A DNA stretch of 64,000 bases from Protoeuglena noctilucae (lineage: Eukaryota), in contig OY253687.1 in the NCBI GenBank assembly GCA_958009085.1, forward strand, positions 310,001 to 374,000, written 5' to 3'. Shown piece by piece: positions 51,078 through 64,000 of this stretch. The notes under the pieces are model-generated. The model was given only the letters and a program-made list of their open reading frames with translations, was not told the origin of the DNA and ran no database searches. The translations under genes were made by a program, and so were the position numbers. The number at the start of each line of letters is the position of its first letter. Position 1 is the stretch's first letter.

Positions 51078-51181
51078 CGATTATTAGTGAGCAGGAGATG
51101 ATCAGCAAGCATGAGATGATCAGCAAGCAGGGGATGATCAGCGAACAGGCGATTATCAGCAAGCAGACGATTCTCATGAGC
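51078..51181 (+). repeat. 18-bp tandem repeat, about 5-6 degenerate copies
   Basis: Consensus near gatgatcagcaagcagga. Confidence 0.85.
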
Positions 51182-51300
51182 AATAACGGCAACAAGGTAC
51201 AGAGGCAGTGCCATGCATCACAGCACCAATAAAACAGACACAAACACAAACGCGCACGACGCAACACAACCGAAAGCGTCGTGTCGTTACTATCGCGTCA

Positions 51301-54300
51301 CTATCGCGTCACTAGCGCGTTGCTACCGCATCCAAATCCCCTCACGTCGATCTCCCTCTTCTCCTTTTCCGTCCTGGGGTTATACCACATGTTTGAAACG
51401 CTCTTGATCATGGAGTAGTCCCTCTGCCTCACGCGGCCCCCGTGGGTCTCGAAGTGCTTGCGGTTCATGCGGATCATGTAGATGATGCGATCTTTCAAAT
51501 GCTTGACCTGGGGGGAGTAAGACAGTGGATGTTTGTGATTTTACTAGTATAATAATGCTATGTTATACTGCAATGGGTGCTTGCGGTTCATGCGGATCAT
51601 CTAGATCCAGATGCTTGACCTGGGGGGATGTGTGGGGGTGGATGCTTAGTTTGCTTACTATAAATAATAATATAGTTCATTGCAATTCTTATAATTATAG
51701 GTAATTATAGTTATACAGTTACATTTTATATTGATGCATACATACAGCTGTAATAACACTAACAGATAATATCATTGCATAGTGATCAACAACCTCCCAT
51801 TCCTCCGACTCGCCTGGTTGATGTGGTGTTCCGAGACATAGGTGTACCCGATGTTGGTGAGGGGCAATCGATCGGCAAACTCCTCCCATGCAGCCAGCGA
51901 CGTCTGCATGTTCTCACCCACGTTCACCGCCCACACGCGGCCCGTGGCCTGCGTGGCAGGGGAATAAAGGGATGTGCGATCATATATAAGTACTAATAAC
52001 GATAGTAATATGAGTATTGTAAGTATTTAAACGGCAAAACATTCATTCACTGTTTAATTTAAAAAATAACCATAAATAAACTATAAATTTACAATAATCA
52101 TCACTGGTAATATCAACAAAAGATTTAAATTCACCCAGCAACCTCACCACCCCATCGACTGACTCACCAGGGTATCAACGAGCTTCCGCAGCTGCGGGTC
52201 GAGCATCCCCGCGTTGAAGTTCTGGATATACAGGATCTGCACGCGGGTATTGACCCACAGGGCGTCCAGAAGGGCGTCGATGTCGCGGGGGGTGGCGCGG
52301 GCGTTCATGAAGTTTTTCAAACGCAGCACGGAGCCACGGCCGTTGAACGCGGTAGAATTGGAGCGAATGGAGGCGAGGAGGTTGCTGCGGGGAGGGCAAG
52401 AAGATGGAAAAAAATGGTAAAAAGATGGGTAGCAATTGGGAGGGACTTGTTTTTGTGTGGTGTGTGGATTTGTTGACGTGTGTGGATGATAGTGAGGTCA
52501 CACTACCATGGCATCTTATAGTATACAACCATATCTAATTAAACATTCTCCGAACCACTCTCACCGGAAATCGCGATCGTTGACGGCCCTCTCCACCCCC
52601 TGCCGCGACCGCATGCCACGGCCCAGGGAGGCGACGCAGGGGTCGGGGCAGGGCTGATCATCATCGTCAACACACGGGCGATCCTCATCGCAAGGACGAT
52701 CGTCATCCGCCATCTGCCCACCTCCCGTCTGCACCTCCTCACACGGCCGCTCATCCCAACACCGACGCTCGCCATCAGCCACCTGCCCATCTCCACACGC
52801 CCGGTCCTCATCACACCGCTCCCCATCTCTGACCTGCCCATCTCCCATCTGCACCTCTCCACACTTGTCAGCCAACCCTTCCCCACCCACCTCCCCCACC
52901 CTATCCCCACTCCCACCCGCACCCTCAACCCCCCGCCCCCACCCCGCCCGCACCGCCGTTCGCTGATTGGGGTCAAAGCAAACAGGATACCGCAGCGCAG
53001 TGTTCTTGCTTAGCGGCACGCGCTGAGCTTCTGCCTCTACCCTCGCTGCATTGACGGCTTGTATGCAGGGGCTTTGGAGTGACCAGGCGTGGATGGGATA
53101 GCAGAGGGCGGGGCCGGAGATGGGGCGGGGGGAGTGGAGGGAGCGGAGGGGGAAGCGAAGACTGCGGGGGGAAGGGGGGGGGGGGGGGGTTTGGTGAGGG
53201 TGGTGATAAGGGTGGCAGTGGGGGTGGCAGTGGGGGTGGTGGTGGAAGTGAGCGAAGGTGAAAGCATCAACTCCATTCCTTTCCAATTGGAATGAATCGC
53301 CGCCACTGCCGCCACTCACCCGACCGACCTCCCTGTCTCGTCCCCCATCGTGCTCTGCCCTCCCCTCGCGTCCTCCTCGAACGTGCTCTGCCTCCCCGTC
53401 TCATCCCCAATCGTGCTCTGCATCATCCCCGCATATCCCTCGAACGTGCTCTGCCTCTCTCTCTCATATTCCTCAAATGTGCCCTGGACATCCTCGTGCC
53501 TCAGCAGAGGGGGAAGGGGGACATCGGCCGGCAGACGCTGCGGGGGGCGAAGGGCATACGTTCTGATACTCGCTTTCTGACAGCGTCGACCCTATGACAC
53601 ACAATGCGTCGTGAGCCACCCGCAATTACCTCCCCCCATCTCACCTACGCTCTCACATCCCAGGCCCCCATCTCACGTAACTAACACTATCATCCCACCC
53701 CAACCCACTCATCCATCCACACTCACCATGGGCGGTACATGACCCATCTCAATCATTATACGGTAACTAACACGATCATTTCAATACAACCCCATCATCC
53801 ACACTCACCATGGGGCACTTGGGGTGGCTATGAAGAAGCACATCTCACACAACCAATCAATTAGTAATTAGTAATACCAATCTAACCGCAACTACGAGTA
53901 ATCAAAACTCACCATGGGGCACTCTTTGTGATGGTAGAAGAAGTATGTCCCAGGCAGCAGTCCCTCCTCACTGTGCCCCTCCAACACCGCAGCCACGTTT
54001 ACTGGCACTCGCAGTCTTTTGACTGGCGGGGAGAGGGACAGGGGAGAGGCAGGGCGCTTGTGTTTTGCAACCATCGCGTGACTGCCACCCCGGCCACCAA
54101 CACCCTTGTTCTTAGCACCAACACCGGCCTTCGCAGCTATTGCCGATGCCGCAGCTCCCTTTCCCCGCTTCCCGGCAGCCCCTCGCTCCGCGCCCACCAC
54201 TTGTGCCGCACCCACACCACCCCGCTTGCCACCCTTGCCACCCCCCGCATCGCCCCACCCCGCTGCTACCCGCAACGCCGCCGTTACTCTCTGCGCCTCT

Positions 54301-57300
54301 CCCACCATCCGCCCCACCTCCCCGTCACCCTCATCCACCACAACCCTCAGCCCGACCAGCCGTGCCAGCCGTGCCACCACTGCCCGCTGCAGCCTCGCAC
54401 GCAGCAACCCAGCATCCGCCACAGATACTAGGGATGACCCAGGCCCAGCATCGGTATCGGTCAACTGCCCCACAGCATCTCCCGATTGCACCCTCCCGTC
54501 TCCCAACATTAATGCGCCGTTGTCACCCATCCCACCCACCACCTGACCCCCACCCACAATCCCTGCCACCCCGCCCGCCCCATCCCAATCGCCACCAACC
54601 GCGTCCTGCAACGCCTGCGCGGCCGCTTGCAGCTCGTTCAGCTCATGCAACGCAGCAACGGCATCGGTCGCGCTCAGGTGCGGGGGTAACGGGGGCGATT
54701 GGAACAGCTGGCGGGTGGCTGCGTCGACGGCCGCTTGTGCTGCAGCCTGGAGCAGGGAGCTGACGATGCGGGTGACGTCGGGGGAGTTGTGGGGGAGGAG
54801 CGGGGCAGGCGGCGGGGGTAGCGGTGCGGGTGCGAGTTGCGGTGCGGGTGCGGGTGGCAATGAGGGTGCAGGGGTGGGCAGGGATGAGGGCTGAGGGAGC
54901 CCCATTGACAATGGCTGGGCTGGGGCACTCGACACGAGTGCTGAGGATGCGGGGGCGGTCAGCTGCAGCGCTGATGTCGGCGGGAGGGGTGAGAGGGGTG
55001 CGATGCTGCCTGCCGCCTTTGGCAAAGCATTTGGCAAGGGCGGGATCGTCTGCCCCATGCTGATGCTGAAGGCGCTTGAGAGGTCGGTGGGCGGCGGCGG
55101 GATGGGCAGGATGAGGGAGGGCGTGGATGGGGTGGGGTGGCCGGGATGGGTGGCGGTGGTGGGCAGGCGGTGTGGCGCGCTGAACCCCACCCCATCGCCA
55201 TCGGCAGTGAGAGGTCCAGTCACCGCCACACCAGTCCCGGCCATGCTCAGCCCAACTGTGTCAGTCACACCAGCCCCTGCATAGGCAGCACCTGCCATGC
55301 TAAACCCCGCCACACGATCGCCAGCCACACCAGCCCCGCCCACGCTCCACCCCGGCATGCCCAGCCCCGCTATGCCAGTCACCGCCCCACCAATACCACC
55401 CCCAACGCTCAGCCCCGCAATGCCAAACCCCGCCCCACCCCCACCGATGCCCCCCATGCCCAACCCCGCACTGCCCCACTCGCCCCTGCTCACCCTGCCA
55501 CGCTGTGCGCCGGGCAATGTGAGCCCAACCGTCAGAGGCCCATGCGCAGTGACACCCGTCCCTGCTAGGCCAGCCCCCGCCATGCTAAGCCCTGCTAGTA
55601 GCGGCCCATTTGCAGCCGCCCCTCTCCCCGCAACAGTTGATGTGGCTGGCAGGGGTTGCGCTGCCCCCACCGCCGCCTCTGGCCCCGCTAAGCGGCTCGC
55701 CCCCTCTGGCCCGAACACCCCATCTGCTATTGGACGCGCCAACGCTGTTTCTGCCATTTCATTTGCTGTGCCACTCACCCCCACTGCCCCCACCGTCCCC
55801 ACCGTTGCCTCTGGCCTTGGATAGGAAAGCACCCGCGCAGCCAGGTCATCTTGCAGCGGCAGGGACAGGCGCACATCGTGCTGTGACGACACATTGTGCT
55901 GGGGCTGTGATGGCAATGGGAGGGACGTGGGGAGCTGGGGAAGGGAGAGTTGGGGCAGAGACTGCTGTGGCTGTAAGGGCTGTTGGAGTAAAGGCTGTTG
56001 GTGCGCTGCAGACGGCTGCTGCTGCGTGCCTGGCAACGGCTGCCACCGCATGAATTGGCCGGGGCCCGACAGCCGGGAAAGCGCCGACAGACCGGGCAAG
56101 TGAGGCAGCCCCACAGCGGGGAGATTGCCGGGCATCCCCACTGGTACCGCAGACAATGGCGCATTGCTGATGGGCGATGCCCCACCCATTGCTGCACCCA
56201 CAGGCATGGGCAGCGGCTCACTCGCAGCAGCGCTCGCGCTAACGGGCAACGCACCAGCCATGGTCAATGCCCCACTCCCAGCAGCATGCATGGTTACAGG
56301 CGACGTCCCGCTCATGCCCAATGCCCCACTGGTACTATCAGCAGCACCCTTGTCCCAAAGCAATGCATTGCCATCAGCAGCACCCGCACCCACAGGCACG
56401 GCCCTGCCCACGGCAGCACCCACGCCCCCAGGTAATGCCCGACTGACACCGGCACCCACATCTGCAGACAGTGGCCCGATCCTAGGCAATGCCCTGCCCA
56501 CATCGGCAGCTGATGTCTGACCGACAGCAGCACCCAGGATGGGTGTGGAGGGCGCAGGGATGGGTGCGTTGGTTGATGCAGGGATGGGCGCAGTGGCCGG
56601 TGCAGTGATCGGTGGCACAGTGATGGGTGCAGTGACGGGCATCAATGAAGGTGCATTGGCCGGTGCAGGTGCAATGACAGGCGCCTGGGCCAGTGTTGAT
56701 GGCGTTGCCGGTTGCAGCTGCAGTGTCGCCTGCCCCGCTGCAGCCACCCTGGCTGGCGCCTGACCCCGACCCGGGGGGTGGGTCAGTCCCACACAGTTGG
56801 GGAGGTCTGGGCTCGGGAGGGGCAGCGCTGGATGCAGGGAGAGCGGGGAGGGCAACTGCAGAGGCGCGGAGTATGCGTATGGGTTGACGCCCAACAGCGA
56901 CTGTGCCAGTGACAGTGGCAATGACTGTTGCATAGATTGCGATGTCATGGGCAGCATGGTCGATTGCAGCCTGACATCCAACATCCTCTGCAGCTGGGGC
57001 GGTGGCGAGGAAGGCCGCATGGCGTCGGACAGCGGTGCTGACTGCAGCGGCATGGGCTGTGACAGTTGTGCTGACTGTGGTATGGGCTGCGCCGATAAGG
57101 GCTCCGAACGCCGCAGCATCCCCAGCACTGAAAGGGGAAGCGACTCTGGCGGCAGCGCTGATGGCTGTAGCGATGGTGGCAGTGACTGTGGCAGTGGCGG
57201 TAACACCGGCAACCCTCCCACCGCACCAGTCCCCTCCTCTACCAACCCCACTCCCGCACCCTCCCCTGCCCCCTGCTCTACCAACCCCACCGCACCCCCA

Positions 57301-59207
57301 CCGCCACTGCCACCCTCACCAAGCCCCACCACCCCCCCAGCTTCCCCTCCCCTCCCACCCACACCGCTGTCCATCGGAACCCCATTGCCGCTCACCACAA
57401 CCGCAGCCCCACCACCCCCCTCTGCACTCCGCACCCCCACACCCATCCCATCACCCCCCTCGCTCGCCACCCCCGCCCCCGCCCCCACACCCTCCTCTGC
57501 AACCCCCACCCCCGCCCCCATCCCCGCATCTTCTCGTTGTTTCAGAGACTCCCTCAGCTGCGCCAGCACCCCCTCCACCTCAGCCCGGCTCAAAGTCACA
57601 CTCCCCACACCGCCCCTACCCCCGCCCCTCCCTCGCCCCCTCCCTCGCCCCCTGCTGCCACCCCGCGCGCCCCCCCTCACCACCGCAGCTCTCTCCGGCA
57701 CATATGCGTCATCCACACCCACGCCCACCCCACCCCCGCTTATGCCAGCACCCGCGTCGCCACCCGCCCCACCCTCACCCGCACCCACGCCACCGCTTGC
57801 CACCAACCCCTGCTCCCTCTGCCCCCCTCCCTCATCCTCCCTATCACCCCCATCTCCCCCACCACCCCTCTCCCCACCCTGCTCCGCCCCTCCCGCACCC
57901 ACCCCACGCTCCGACCCTTTGCCAGCCCCGCGCCTGCGACCCCCCCTCCCACTCCTACCACCACCCAAGCTCTCAGTTACCGAAGACTCCACCCGTGGCC
58001 CTTCCATCCCCGAAACTCCCATCGCACGCGCCCCCACCACCCCCACTGGCTTGCCTATCGCCACCGCCGCTTGCCCTCCATCCCGCCCCCCATCTCGCCC
58101 ATCACCGCCCCGCCCCCGCCCCGCCGGCCGCGCCCGGCGCCGCTCCCCAGCGATGTCTCCCGCAATCTCCATTTCTACTGCAAACTCGGCATCCCGCAAT
58201 CGGTGTGGCATCAGCACAGCGCGGGTCGACCGACGCTCCCCCACCGTCCCATTCCCAACCCCTCCCCTCAACCCTGCCCTGCCCCTGCCAGTCCGCTTCA
58301 CCACACCCGCCCGCTTGACCTTTGCTGGTTTATAACCCACTGCAATCTTGGCAGCCCCACTATGGTTAGTCACCTCACTCTGCCTTGCACCCCCAGTTTG
58401 CTTGGCACCCCCACTGTTCTTAGCACCCGCACTCTGCCTCACCCCCCCACTCCGCTTCACCCCTCCCGACCCCCTCGCCCCAGCCCGCACCTCCCCACGC
58501 CCCCCACCATCTCCCGCCTGCTTTCCCTTCCCAGCAGCAAGCACAGCGTTATCAGCCACCAGCGACCGCCTCGCCACACGCGAGCTGGTGATGCGGATCT
58601 TATTCCCAGGACCTTTCTTCGCAGGTGCGGCTGTTTCTGCCCTCGCCTTTCCCTCAGCCCCCACCACCGCCGCCCCCACTGCCGCCGTCGCCCCACCCAC
58701 CCTTGCTGCCTTGGCCGGCCGCTCCTGGTCGTTATCCCCGACATCGCCGCTTTCGACCGAATCAACCAGACGCTTAGATGAGCGACGGCGGGGCTGGGGT
58801 GGGGCTTTGCTCGTCTGCCTGCCACCCACCCTGATCCCAACCCCGCTCACGCCCGCCCCATCCCCACCCGCCGCATCCCTGCCCGCTGCACCCCTGCCCC
58901 TCTTGGGCCTGCTCGCCTCATTCGCCCCCGCCGTCTCTCGGCGTTTCATGCAGTCTGCGTGGGCCCGGTCTGTGCCGCACGCCCGGCTTTGGGCGCGGGT
59001 CAGCTGCACGCAGACGGGGCACTGCCCGGATCCCTCCGCCACGAAATCGCGAACGAGTGACACGGCGGATCGATGCTCGAGTGTCATGGGCGAGGTTTTC
59101 CGGCGGCTGGCGGACCCGGGGCTCGGAGAAACGCTCGGGGGCGCTGCGGGTGCGATGAGAGCACGCGCGGTGGTTTGCCGGCGAAGAGACCAGCGCGGAG
59201 ATTGCAC
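51301..59207 (-). CDS. Very large low-complexity protein with a globular, possibly RNI/LRR-like C-terminal domain
   Basis: Exon 59207-53913 (~5.3 kb, Gly/Ala/Pro-rich), then exons ~53593-53321, ~53150-52565, 52385-52168, 51948-51814, 51507-51301 giving LRLKNF...DALLDALWVNTRVQILYIQNF...RVWAVNVGEN...YTYVSEHH...IRMNRK...NMWYNP. Confidence 0.68.
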
Positions 59208-59985
59208 GATGAAATGAAGTATTGATAGTGTGCGCGAGAGGAGTTACGCAGGCGTGTGCGCGCGGCGGGTGGCGAGAGCGTGGAAAACAGTTGACGTGGC
59301 AACTGTTCGCGACCGCGCGCGCGCATTACGCGGCGCGCATTACCTGGCGACGGAACGTCATTCGCGGCACGTTCCTCCGCGGCCGGCGGTCCCTCCGTGG
59401 CGGCCGTCGAATGGCCAGCCCTCCCGGCCCTCCCCCGCCCGCCGCCACGGCCCCGCCCACGGGCCGGCGCCATCAGATCCTGCGCGACAACGCTGGCCAC
59501 TCCAATCGCGCCTCTTGCCGCGTAAGATCAGAACGATGGATCGGCTGCCATCGATGAAGCTGTGTTGTGGCGGGCACGCTGGGCATGCAGCAGCCAGCCC
59601 TGTCGATCCCGGAGGGAGAGGAGGGCATCTCCGACATCCTCGCAAAACAACCGTCTCACCGACCACTCCCGAGTCGCGCTTGGCCAGGGATTGCTGCGCC
59701 CTTCATGCTTCGCTTGCTCGGCGCACTACTTGTCTAGTCCTTCAGCTTCTCACGCACTCCCAGCGAGCTCTCGTCGACCGCGATGGAATCTGAGCACCCG
59801 CCTGAAGCATGCGGGCGCCAACAGCAGCCAACCAGTTTCACGCGCCAGTCCCGCGCTGGAATAGCCGGTCACGGGCGTCTAGTTCATCGAATGGCATTCT
59901 TCCGGCTGCAGCATTCGCGTCAACACGACGCCCTGGTGGTGCGGCCGCTCCGGCGACCCGGAGCAAGAGCGTGCGCATCAAAAAA

Positions 59986-62900
59986 ATGGCGCCCAGCGGC
60001 TGCCCTCTGCACGGGACAGCCATCCCCGTCGCTCGCCGCCCTGTCGATTGGCGGAGGACGATTCGACGGGGAGGGGGATTGGAGGGGATCGGTGGGGCAT
60101 GGACGGGTCACGCGCAGCACCAGACGCGTCGTGTGGCGATTTCCCGCGCGGAGGGCGATGGGCAGGCCGGCAGGAACAACGGCGTCGGCACCCTGGAGTC
60201 AACTGGAAGGGTGTCGCCGGACCTGGTGCGGATCCGCGCGCCCTGCGCCCTGCGCCGGCCCTGGCCAGTCATGGTTGGGTTCGCCTCACTCCCGCCCTCT
60301 TCGGCTCCTCGCAGGTTCCGATCGAGGTCGCCCTCTCTCGTGCGAAACGTAAGGATGGTCACCGGCGGGCCAAGGCGCCGGAACCCGCGTCGCCGGCCGC
60401 GTCTCCTCCTCCCAAGCCACGCCAAGCACCGATGCTCCTCGCTCGCGCGGCCCGGGAGCCCCGCGCCCTGCCCGCCGCCCCGGACGTCGCGACCTCCAAC
60501 CGCGTGAGCATCTGGCTCGACAGCCAGGGCGCCTCGCAGAGCCCGGAGGCCTTCGTGGAGACGCGCCAGTTCGCGTGGAGCGAGGAGGGCTACAGGTGCG
60601 CGGAGCCGCGGACCTCAGGCGCGCGATGGAATGTAGTGCAATGCAAGCGTCGTACGGCAGCGTCGAGGGTGCGAAGCGACGCCTCCGCAGTGCGCCGCTG
60701 CGTTCGCTGTCCATCTGGTGCTTCATCATCCAGGCGCGCGCGGGGCTCTTCTTGCTGGACCAGAAGTGGAGCTATCCGGGAGGTTTCGATGATGCCAAGA
60801 AGTCGCGCCGTGCGACGGTTCTGGGCGCGTGGCTGCGCGACAACATGCTCGCACTCGGCCCGACCTTCATCAAGATCGGACAGCTCTTCAGCGCGCGCTC
60901 GGACCTCCTCGCCCCGGAGGTCGTCAACGAGCTCTCGAAGCTCCAGGACCGCGTGCCGAGCTTCCGGCCGGGTGAGGGCGGGCGAGCGGTGCGGCTGCGG
61001 GTGTTGCGTGTACCGGTGCTTGCGTGGGTGCGTGCATTGCGTATGTCTGCACTTGGGCAGAGTACTGTTTGCTTCGCAATTAGCTACCCCCGCTCTTCCC
61101 ACCTCTGTGCCTCAGAGCTCGCCCGCAAGATCGTGGAGCGTGAGCTGGGGGGTCGCATTGAGGACCTCTTTGCCTCCTTCGACGCCCAGCCCATCGCGGC
61201 AGCATCCCTCGGACAGGCGAGGAGAGGGTGTTGGACGTTTCAGCGGCTTAAACAGGATCGACTGGGCTGTGAGAACTCGCATTTTAATGCATCGTTTCAT
61301 TGCAATGGCTCCCTCATATGTAAGAAATCTACTTATGTAGATGACTTCACTGCACTGCTTCGTGTCGCCACGCTTACCCCTACCCGCTCTCGCTCCCTTC
61401 CTACCCGCACTGCACTGACTCCCCCCACGCTCTCACAACGACATTGCAGGTGCACCGCGCTCGCCTCTTCACGGGCGAGGACGTGGTGGTGAAAGTGCAG
61501 CGTCCGGGACTGGAGAAGCTCTTCGCGATTGACTTGGGGAACCTGGAGATCCTCGCAAGGCAGCTGGACGCGCAGGAGGAGGGGAGGGACTTCACGGGGA
61601 TATTCCAGTGAGTGGACATGCGTGTGCGATGGGTATGTGTGGTTGATTGCATGCGATGGGTGTGGTTGATTGCGATGTGTGACTTCACGGGGATATTCCA
61701 GTGAGTGGACGCGTGCGCGCATGCGATGGGTGTGTTGCAATCGATGTGTATGTGTGGTTGCATGCGATGTGCCACTCCTTGCCTGTCACTCTCCCACTCC
61801 TCGCCTGCAAAGCAACCCAGTCCCATCGCACTCCGACACCATCCTCCCACTCTCCCACCCTCACCACCACCCACTCCCCCTCCACTCACAAAGGGAGTGT
61901 AAAACGATCCTTTTTCAGGAGGTTGATTACATCGCCGAGGGTCGAAACGCCGACCGCTTCCGACGCAACTTCAACAATAACACCCCCTGGGTGCGCGTGC
62001 CCCGCGTTTACTGGCAGCTGTCGAGTCCGCGCATTCTGACGCTTGAGTACCTGCCGGGGACCAAGATTACCGATCTGGGGAAATTGAAGGAACAGGTGAG
62101 GGGGGGTGTGGGTAGCAGTGTGGGTGTGTGAGTGTGTGGGTGGTGGGAGAGAGGGGATGCAATTGGTGTAATGGATTTGCAAGGACTGAGCGAGCTTGCA
62201 CACTCGCAATCGGATAAGTCGGCGTGGCAAGACTAGCGCGTGGACTGTCCATAGCACATACCCAGCACCCACATCACGTCCCCGCATCCCCCACATCACG
62301 TCACGTTCCTCACTCGCCCCTCCCCCCGCAGAATCAAGACCTGTCCCTCCTGGCAAGGCGCATGACCGAGTGCTACCTCACGCAGCTGCTTAGGCACGGG
62401 TTCTTCCACGCCGGTGAGTAAGGGTGGACATGATAATTAACAATGTGATGTTGACATTGATTAACGATACGATATTGGCAGGATCATTGGAGATGTAGTG
62501 TCACCTGACGTCGCTGCCACGGGATGGATTACTTGATCTCGTTAAGCGGGGGAAGGGGTTGCGATGCATACGTGCATGGCCACCCTTCCCTCGCTTAACG
62601 AAGCCAAGGAATCCGTGTCGCTGCAGCCGCGTCGAATAGCGCTTTTAGTTATCATCTCAAATAATTGTCCGTCTGAGGTTAGGGTACAAATCGTAGATGA
62701 TACCCCGGTGACCCCGCGTGCACGCCCGTGACTACTCTCACGCACTCCACCCCTCGCCCTAATCACGCCCCGTCAACTATCATTCTCACGCACTCCACCC
62801 CTCATTATCTCTCCCGCAGACCCCCACCCCGGCAACCTGGCCGTCGATGCGCAGGGCAACCTCGTGTTTTATGATTTCGGTGAGGGGATGGGGATTAATT

Positions 62901-64000
62901 GGTGATGACGGTGATTATTGCAATCGTTAGGCCAACCCCACCCCTCGCCTCTCACACTCGCTCGCACCCTCACCTGCACCCTCCCCCTCTCCCCCAGGCA
63001 TGATGGGCGAGATCGTCAGCAACGTGCGGGAGAATCTCCTGGAGGTCTTCTACGGAATCTACGGGAAGGACACGCAGCAGGCGAGGATTAATTTATTTAC
63101 ATAAAGATAATTATGATAATAATTACACATTTATAACTGCATATCTATGACATCTATCATGAAAACATAAAATATGAGTAATTACACCCATCACTCCATT
63201 CCACCCAGGTGTTAGACGCCCTGATAGCCCTGGAGATCGTCAAGCCCACCGGCGACTTGCTGTCGGTGCGTCGGTCGGTGTCGTATTTCCTGGATACCTT
63301 CACCAAGCAGACGCAGAGGGAGGAGACGATCCGGTGAGTGGGTGATAATAAGGGGGTAGTGAATGACGATGGGATGCAGTGGGTGATGAGGGATGCGCAG
63401 CGAGGGATCACTCTTACCAACACTGATGCGTACTCCTTACTTACTATATATTTACTATATAATCTAATTTAAATTTCTTATCGCAGCAACATTGGCGAGG
63501 ACCTCTTTGCCACTTTTACAAACAGTGTTAATAATCGTTTATAAAATAATATATTCATTACTTGTCATCCGCAGCAACATCGGCGAGGACCTCTTCGCCA
63601 TCGCGCTGGACCAGCCCTTCCGCTTCCCCGCCACTTTTACGTTTGTGCTTCGTGCTTTCTCCACTCTGGAAGGTATTGGAAAACGATTGGACGACTCATA
63701 TCGGTTCTCGGTGGTCGCCACGCCCTACTTCAACGAGCTGCTGGCCATCAAGGTGACTTCTATGTACTGGAGGGTTGTTATTAATACTAACCCTCTGCTT
63801 GATGCAACGAGGTGCTATCTCCACTGCCACCCCCACAGCCACCCCCGCTGCCACCCTTATCACCACCCATATCACCACCCCCGCTGCTTCTTTTTCCCTA
63901 ACCACAGGACGCCTCCCAGCGCGGCCAGCTGGTGCTGACCCAGCTGCAGCAACAGGTCGAGGCCCAGGCAGACGCGGCCGCGCAGGCCCCCACCCGCATC
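59986..64000 (+). CDS. ABC1K7: ABC1/UbiB atypical kinase, ABC1K7 (SIA1)-like, plastid; continues past window end
   Basis: LGPTFIKIGQ, LSKLQDRVP, PIAAASLGQVH, VVVKVQRP, EGRNADRF, LTLEYLPG, GFFHADPHPGN, FYDFGMMG, IGEDLFAIALDQPFRFPATFTFVLRAFSTLEGIG. Confidence 0.9.

Noticed and set aside
51029..51267. Small ORFs and array-like periodicity over the 18-bp repeat
   Set aside because: Head-to-tail minisatellite without unique spacers, no cas genes, eukaryotic context; not CRISPR.
1..64000. TAA/TAG-to-Gln code of some ulvophytes
   Set aside because: No in-frame TAA/TAG inside conserved exons, and several genes (OASTL, CrtI-like) end at TAG at plausible positions.
1..64000. tRNA, rRNA or other structured RNA genes
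   Set aside because: None recognised by eye; a covariance-model scan would be needed to exclude them.

Overview
GC-rich, intron-dense eukaryotic nuclear DNA from a flagellated green alga (IFT20; plastid-targeted OASTL, UhpC and ABC1K7-like genes). Species not determined. Standard genetic code; two 200-N gaps (14349-14548, 40127-40326). About 16 spliced genes were reconstructed by hand from splice phase: coiled-coil protein, IFT20, saccharopine-dehydrogenase-like oxidoreductase, CrtI-type desaturase, a possible DYRKP-like gene cut by a gap, cysteine synthase, a G-patch-containing CMTR2-like cap methyltransferase, two Asteroid/XPG-like PIN nuclease paralogs, a GGNBP2-like gene, UhpC, a large low-complexity protein, ABC1K7 and several hypotheticals. 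Most notable: (1) a ~5.3-6 kb tandem duplication that doubled a divergent PIN nuclease next to CMTR2, whose coding exons look more diverged than the co-duplicated pseudo-exon; (2) a TSD-flanked, 5'-truncated LINE with an (AGTC)n tail inside the duplicate; (3) many GC-AG introns; (4) copies of exon ends and splice sites repeated inside adjacent introns; (5) introns with G-rich 5' and C-rich 3' halves that could fold back. All family calls come from motif recognition by eye, not database searches.
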